Below, one piece after another: positions 16,689 through 20,000 of a stretch of 20,000 nucleotides of DNA. The DNA comes from an uncultured virus (IMG/VR IMGVR_UViG_3300047661_000097) (Duplodnaviria; Heunggongvirae; Uroviricota; Caudoviricetes). The notes under the pieces are model-generated. The model saw only the letters and a list, made by a program, of their open reading frames with translations. It searched no databases and was not told the DNA's origin. Both the position numbers and the translations under genes were made by a program. Each line of letters begins with the position of its first letter. The stretch's first letter is position 1. The stretch lies in IMG/VR virus record IMGVR_UViG_3300047661_000097; one strand, given 5' to 3'.

Positions 16689-17749
16689 TTTTCAAGCACC
16701 TCACCCTCGTCAAAATCACTGGGGCCTCCCTGCACGTTGCCCTCCGCCCATTTGCAAAGCGAATCATAGAGGTTTCGCGGCAGATCAGATACATGTTCTA
16801 CCCCTAACGGGTCCAAATATTCTCTTTTTAGATCCTCTTCCGTATGAACTTTATGGATACCAATAAGTTTATGGAGACGCTGCGCCAGCCCTTTACCGAT
16901 TGTTTGTTCCTGCAAGCGGTTTGCCGTTGTTACCTTGCCTTCCCCAAGCATCGTAGCGACGTTTGGGGGTATATCCGTTGGCTCGTCCGCCACGAGCACT
17001 GCATCAGGCTTTGCTGCGGTTTTATTTCTTTCCAGATCTGTCAGCAATTGTTCAAGATCTGGCACCGTCAGCGTTTTCGTATTTTCATGCCCTGGGAACA
17101 ATGCCTTAGCGCGTTGGCTTAATACGCGCCCATTTGGCTCAATAGCCTTGATCTTCGCGATAATCGCATCTCGACGATCCAGCAATTGTTCCGCTTCAGA
17201 ACGAGGAGCACTGGGTTCAGAAAATTGATTTGTTTTGGCTGGAGAGGGTTGGCGCACAGTCTTTAACGCTGGCGCGGGCGGTAAATCCTTTTGCGCATCA
17301 ATGTCTTCGTCAGCAACAATTCCCAACAAGCTGCAAAGGTCATAACGCCGGTTATACGTTGCATCGGTACCAACATCCTGCCGCGGTCCCGTCTCGATCA
17401 GCGCAAAGCCATCGCCGCACATCCATTCGCCACTTGAATGAATTAAATGCGTGACTACGCGCAGCTGATTCGCTACAAATATGTTTGGTTGAATGATTCC
17501 CAGTTCATGCTTTGTCAGCACAGGAAGCGCCATCGCCAGCACATCGGCTAAATCTGCGTATTTATAGTAGTAAGACTTTCCGGTTTTGGGGCTGTAAACC
17601 GTAGCCGTCTTGTTCTTCACTACTGGTTTAAATTCTGCTTGAGCTTGAATCAGCGCTGCCCAAAGATTTTTAATCTCCACAGAATGATGAAGTGCCGGTA
17701 CGTGCGCTACCGCTTGCCCAAAGTCGGTTTCTTCAAATTGTTCAACCAT
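16685..17749 (-). CDS. erf: ERF-family single-strand annealing protein
   Basis: ALIQAQ...YKYADL...HSSGEW...GTDATYNRRYDLCSLLGI..DEDID. Confidence 0.9.
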   Translation of the reverse strand: MVEQFEETDFGQAVAHVPALHHSVEIKNLWAALIQAQAEFKPVVKNKTATVYSPKTGKSYYYKYADLADVLAMALPVLTKHELGIIQPNIFVANQLRVVTHLIHSSGEWMCGDGFALIETGPRQDVGTDATYNRRYDLCSLLGIVADEDIDAQKDLPPAPALKTVRQPSPAKTNQFSEPSAPRSEAEQLLDRRDAIIAKIKAIEPNGRVLSQRAKALFPGHENTKTLTVPDLEQLLTDLERNKTAAKPDAVLVADEPTDIPPNVATMLGEGKVTTANRLQEQTIGKGLAQRLHKLIGIHKVHTEEDLKREYLDPLGVEHVSDLPRNLYDSLCKWAEGNVQGGPSDFDEGEVLEN

Positions 17750-17828
17750 TGCTTTTCCTTAAACGCAATGGCAGTCTACCGCAATTTTTTATAAGAACAA
17801 AAAGAGCACCTGATAGGTCGAGACAGGT

Positions 17829-18902
17829 CTAATTTGTTCCAATATGCGACTTCGTTTTGGCTTGAGCATGCGCACGTCTGCTGGTAAGTGCCGGCATTAC
17901 ACCACCACCAAGGTTTAGCTTTTGTCGCAGTTCGGTTTCAAGTTTAATAAAGATTTCGCTGTTTGATTTTAAAAACTCACGCGCGTTTTCTCGCCCTTGT
18001 CCGATACGCTCGCCGGCAAAGCAATACCACGCTCCAGATTTTTCAACAAGTCCGTTTAGAGCCGCTACATCAAGCACGTCGCCCTCGCGACTGACTCCTT
18101 CGCCATACAGAATGTCGAATTCCGCTTCACGAAAAGGAGCAGCGACTTTGTTCTTCGCTACCTTTGCCCTGGTCCGATTGCCGATTGCGGCTTCGTTAAA
18201 CTTTACGGGGCCAATACGTCTTATATCAATGCGTATCGAAGCATAAAACTTCAAGGCATATCCGCCGCTAGTAATCTCTGGATTGCCGTACCCCTGGTTA
18301 ATTTTTAGTCTGATCTGGTTGATAAAAATCAGCACGGTAGGCGATTTTTTTAAAACGCCGGAAAGTTTGCGCATTGCTTGCGACATCAGACGAGCTTGTA
18401 ACCCTACGTGCGCATCGCCCATTTCTCCATCTAGTTCGGCTTGCGGCACCAAGGCAGCGACAGAATCGACAACAAGCACGCTAATCGCGCCAGTCGAAAC
18501 CAGCTTATCGGTAATCTCCAAAGCTTCTTCACCAGAGTTCGGCTGCGAAACCAAAAGATTGTCTATGTCAACTCCCAGTTTCTTGGCATAACCGGGATCA
18601 AGTGCATGCTCGGCATCAACAAACGCAGCCAAGCCGCCTTCCCGTTGCGCTTGAGCAATGATTTGTAGCGCAATGGTAGTTTTCCCTGAAGATTCTGGGC
18701 CAAAGATTTCCGTAATGCGGCCGCGCGGCACGCCGCCTACACCCAACGCCATATCAAGGCTAACAGAGCCCGTCGACACCACATCGATTGGCATCAATGC
18801 TTCCTTCGAACCTAGTCGAATAATAGAACCTTTGCCAAATTTCTTTTCAATTAACGCCAGCGCTTGCTCAATACTTTTGGTTTGGTCTTCGGTATTAGTC
18901 AT
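17829..18902 (-). CDS. recA: Recombinase RecA (phage-encoded)
   Basis: [32 protein letters not shown]; full length; likely start MTNTED at 18902 (ORF track 18917). Confidence 0.97.
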   Translation of the reverse strand: MTNTEDQTKSIEQALALIEKKFGKGSIIRLGSKEALMPIDVVSTGSVSLDMALGVGGVPRGRITEIFGPESSGKTTIALQIIAQAQREGGLAAFVDAEHALDPGYAKKLGVDIDNLLVSQPNSGEEALEITDKLVSTGAISVLVVDSVAALVPQAELDGEMGDAHVGLQARLMSQAMRKLSGVLKKSPTVLIFINQIRLKINQGYGNPEITSGGYALKFYASIRIDIRRIGPVKFNEAAIGNRTRAKVAKNKVAAPFREAEFDILYGEGVSREGDVLDVAALNGLVEKSGAWYCFAGERIGQGRENAREFLKSNSEIFIKLETELRQKLNLGGGVMPALTSRRAHAQAKTKSHIGTN

Positions 18903-18918
18903 CGGGCGTTCCCCCACC

Positions 18919-19017
18919 AGTCCAGGATCTGGACTGCATCTTTTGCAGTTTATCGCTATTCTTTTTATGGTCTAGATTGGTCGAGAAAAGTTGAGAACGG
19001 AGTCCAGATTCTGGACT
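18919..19017. promoter_or_regulatory. Two 17-bp palindromic operator-like sites AGTCCAG-N3-CTGGACT
   Basis: 18919-18935 and 19001-19017, in the divergent intergenic region upstream of recA. Confidence 0.7.
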
Positions 19018-19075
19018 ATTTTGCTTTACAAAAATTTGACTGGACGTAGATTGCATTTTGTCTTAAGCTGCGCCC

Positions 19076-19276
19076 ATGAGCAATCAAGCAAGCACGCAAA
19101 AATTAACAAAAGCCGACCCAAAATTTTATTCAAAGATTGCGGCAATCGCTGGCCAGAAATTGTTAAAGGAACGCGGCACAAAATATTTTTCTAAGCTGGC
19201 GGCAAGCAGCCACCCCCGAGATTCCTATAACGGTGGCAGGCCCAAAAAAATTAAGGATGAAAGCTGCGCCAGTTAA
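19076..19276 (+). CDS. Small basic protein resembling KGG/general-stress-repeat proteins
   Basis: Repeated FYSKIAAIAG / YFSKLAA segments, GGRPKK tail; followed by a hairpin at 19277-19297. Confidence 0.65.
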   Translation: MSNQASTQKLTKADPKFYSKIAAIAGQKLLKERGTKYFSKLAASSHPRDSYNGGRPKKIKDESCAS

Positions 19277-19306
19277 TTCGTCTGCAATATAGACGAAGTG
19301 TATTTT

Positions 19307-19841
19307 GTTGCATCTATTCGATGCACTACAATTTCGTTGCTGCCAGTCCGCACTTGCTTTCGGCCAGAGATCATCTCGTTGCATCTGTTCGATGCACTAT
19401 AACTTCGTTGAAGCTTGAAAAAGAGCGGAACATCTTTGCACAAACGATGTTGCATCTGCTCGATGCACTGCAACTTCGTTGCTAACTACCCTCTACCGCA
19501 AGTCAGGCTGATGTTCACCGGTTGCATCTATTCGATGCACTCCAACTTCGTTGCAGCGCGGCGGAGAAGCGGCAGAACTATCTTCTGATGCAGGTTGCAT
19601 CTATTCGATGCACTGCAAATTCGTTGATACAATCGTTATCTGGAACCGTGGTACTGGTTCTTCAGTTGCATCTGCTCGATGCACTCCAAACCCGTTGCTA
19701 CATAAATTCCATCCCTTACATCACCCCCCAAGATGTTGCATCTGTTCGATGCACTACAACTTCGTTGCTACCCTGATAAAAAAACTAAAAAGACACGCGC
19801 TATAGTTGCATCTGTTCGATGTACTACAAATTTGTTGCTAC
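19307..19841. CRISPR. CRISPR-like array 3: 8 repeats, 7 spacers (33-36 bp)
   Basis: Repeats at 19307, 19378, 19449, 19521, 19594, 19665, 19735, 19805. Confidence 0.92.
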
Positions 19842-19877
19842 CGCGGTCTTTGCGGCACTGACCCCTTTTAAAGGGGA

Positions 19878-19907
19878 ACTATATACTTTAGTCCCAACCG
19901 GTGTTAA
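19878..19907 (-). promoter_or_regulatory. Possible sigma70 promoter reading into array 3
   Basis: Minus strand TTAACA-N18-TATAGT; palindrome CCCCTTT-T-AAAGGGG at 19862-19876. Confidence 0.45.
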
Positions 19908-19916
19908 GGTTGGTGC

Positions 19917-20000
19917 ATGACTGATGAGCAGCAGCCAAGCACGGAACAACCCTCTGATATTGCCGACATCGGAACCCAACTCCATCAAATTGCAGACCGA
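19917..20000 (+). CDS. Start of an ORF running off the window
   Basis: ATG at 19917, open to the window end: MTDEQQPSTEQPSDIADIGTQLHQIADR. Confidence 0.45.
   Translation, partial: MTDEQQPSTEQPSDIADIGTQLHQIADR

Noticed and set aside
138..18975. Numerous plus-strand ORFs of 60-170 aa
   Set aside because: Antisense shadows of well-supported minus-strand genes

Overview
Early/replication/recombination region of a temperate phage (or phage-like integrative element). Almost all genes are on the minus strand: RecA, ERF-family annealing protein, PD-(D/E)XK exonuclease, KTSC protein, HTH excisionase-like protein, P4-type tyrosine integrase preceded by a truncated arm-binding paralogue, AlpA, a two-frame C5 methyltransferase, replication initiator, primase-helicase, an N6A/N4C methyltransferase, small Zn-finger/HNH genes, a Tat lipoprotein and a papain-like protease. 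The main oddity is three CRISPR-like arrays (16+8+8 repeats of 37 bp, spacers mostly 32-37 bp) with no cas gene in the window. Only a 21-bp hairpin half of the repeat is conserved and the other half is heavily diversified; two arrays flank a probable attP. The second oddity is that both methyltransferases carry an HNH/Zn-finger gene nested in an alternate frame, with the host frame staying open through the whole insertion. All calls come from reading motifs by eye; no database searches were run.
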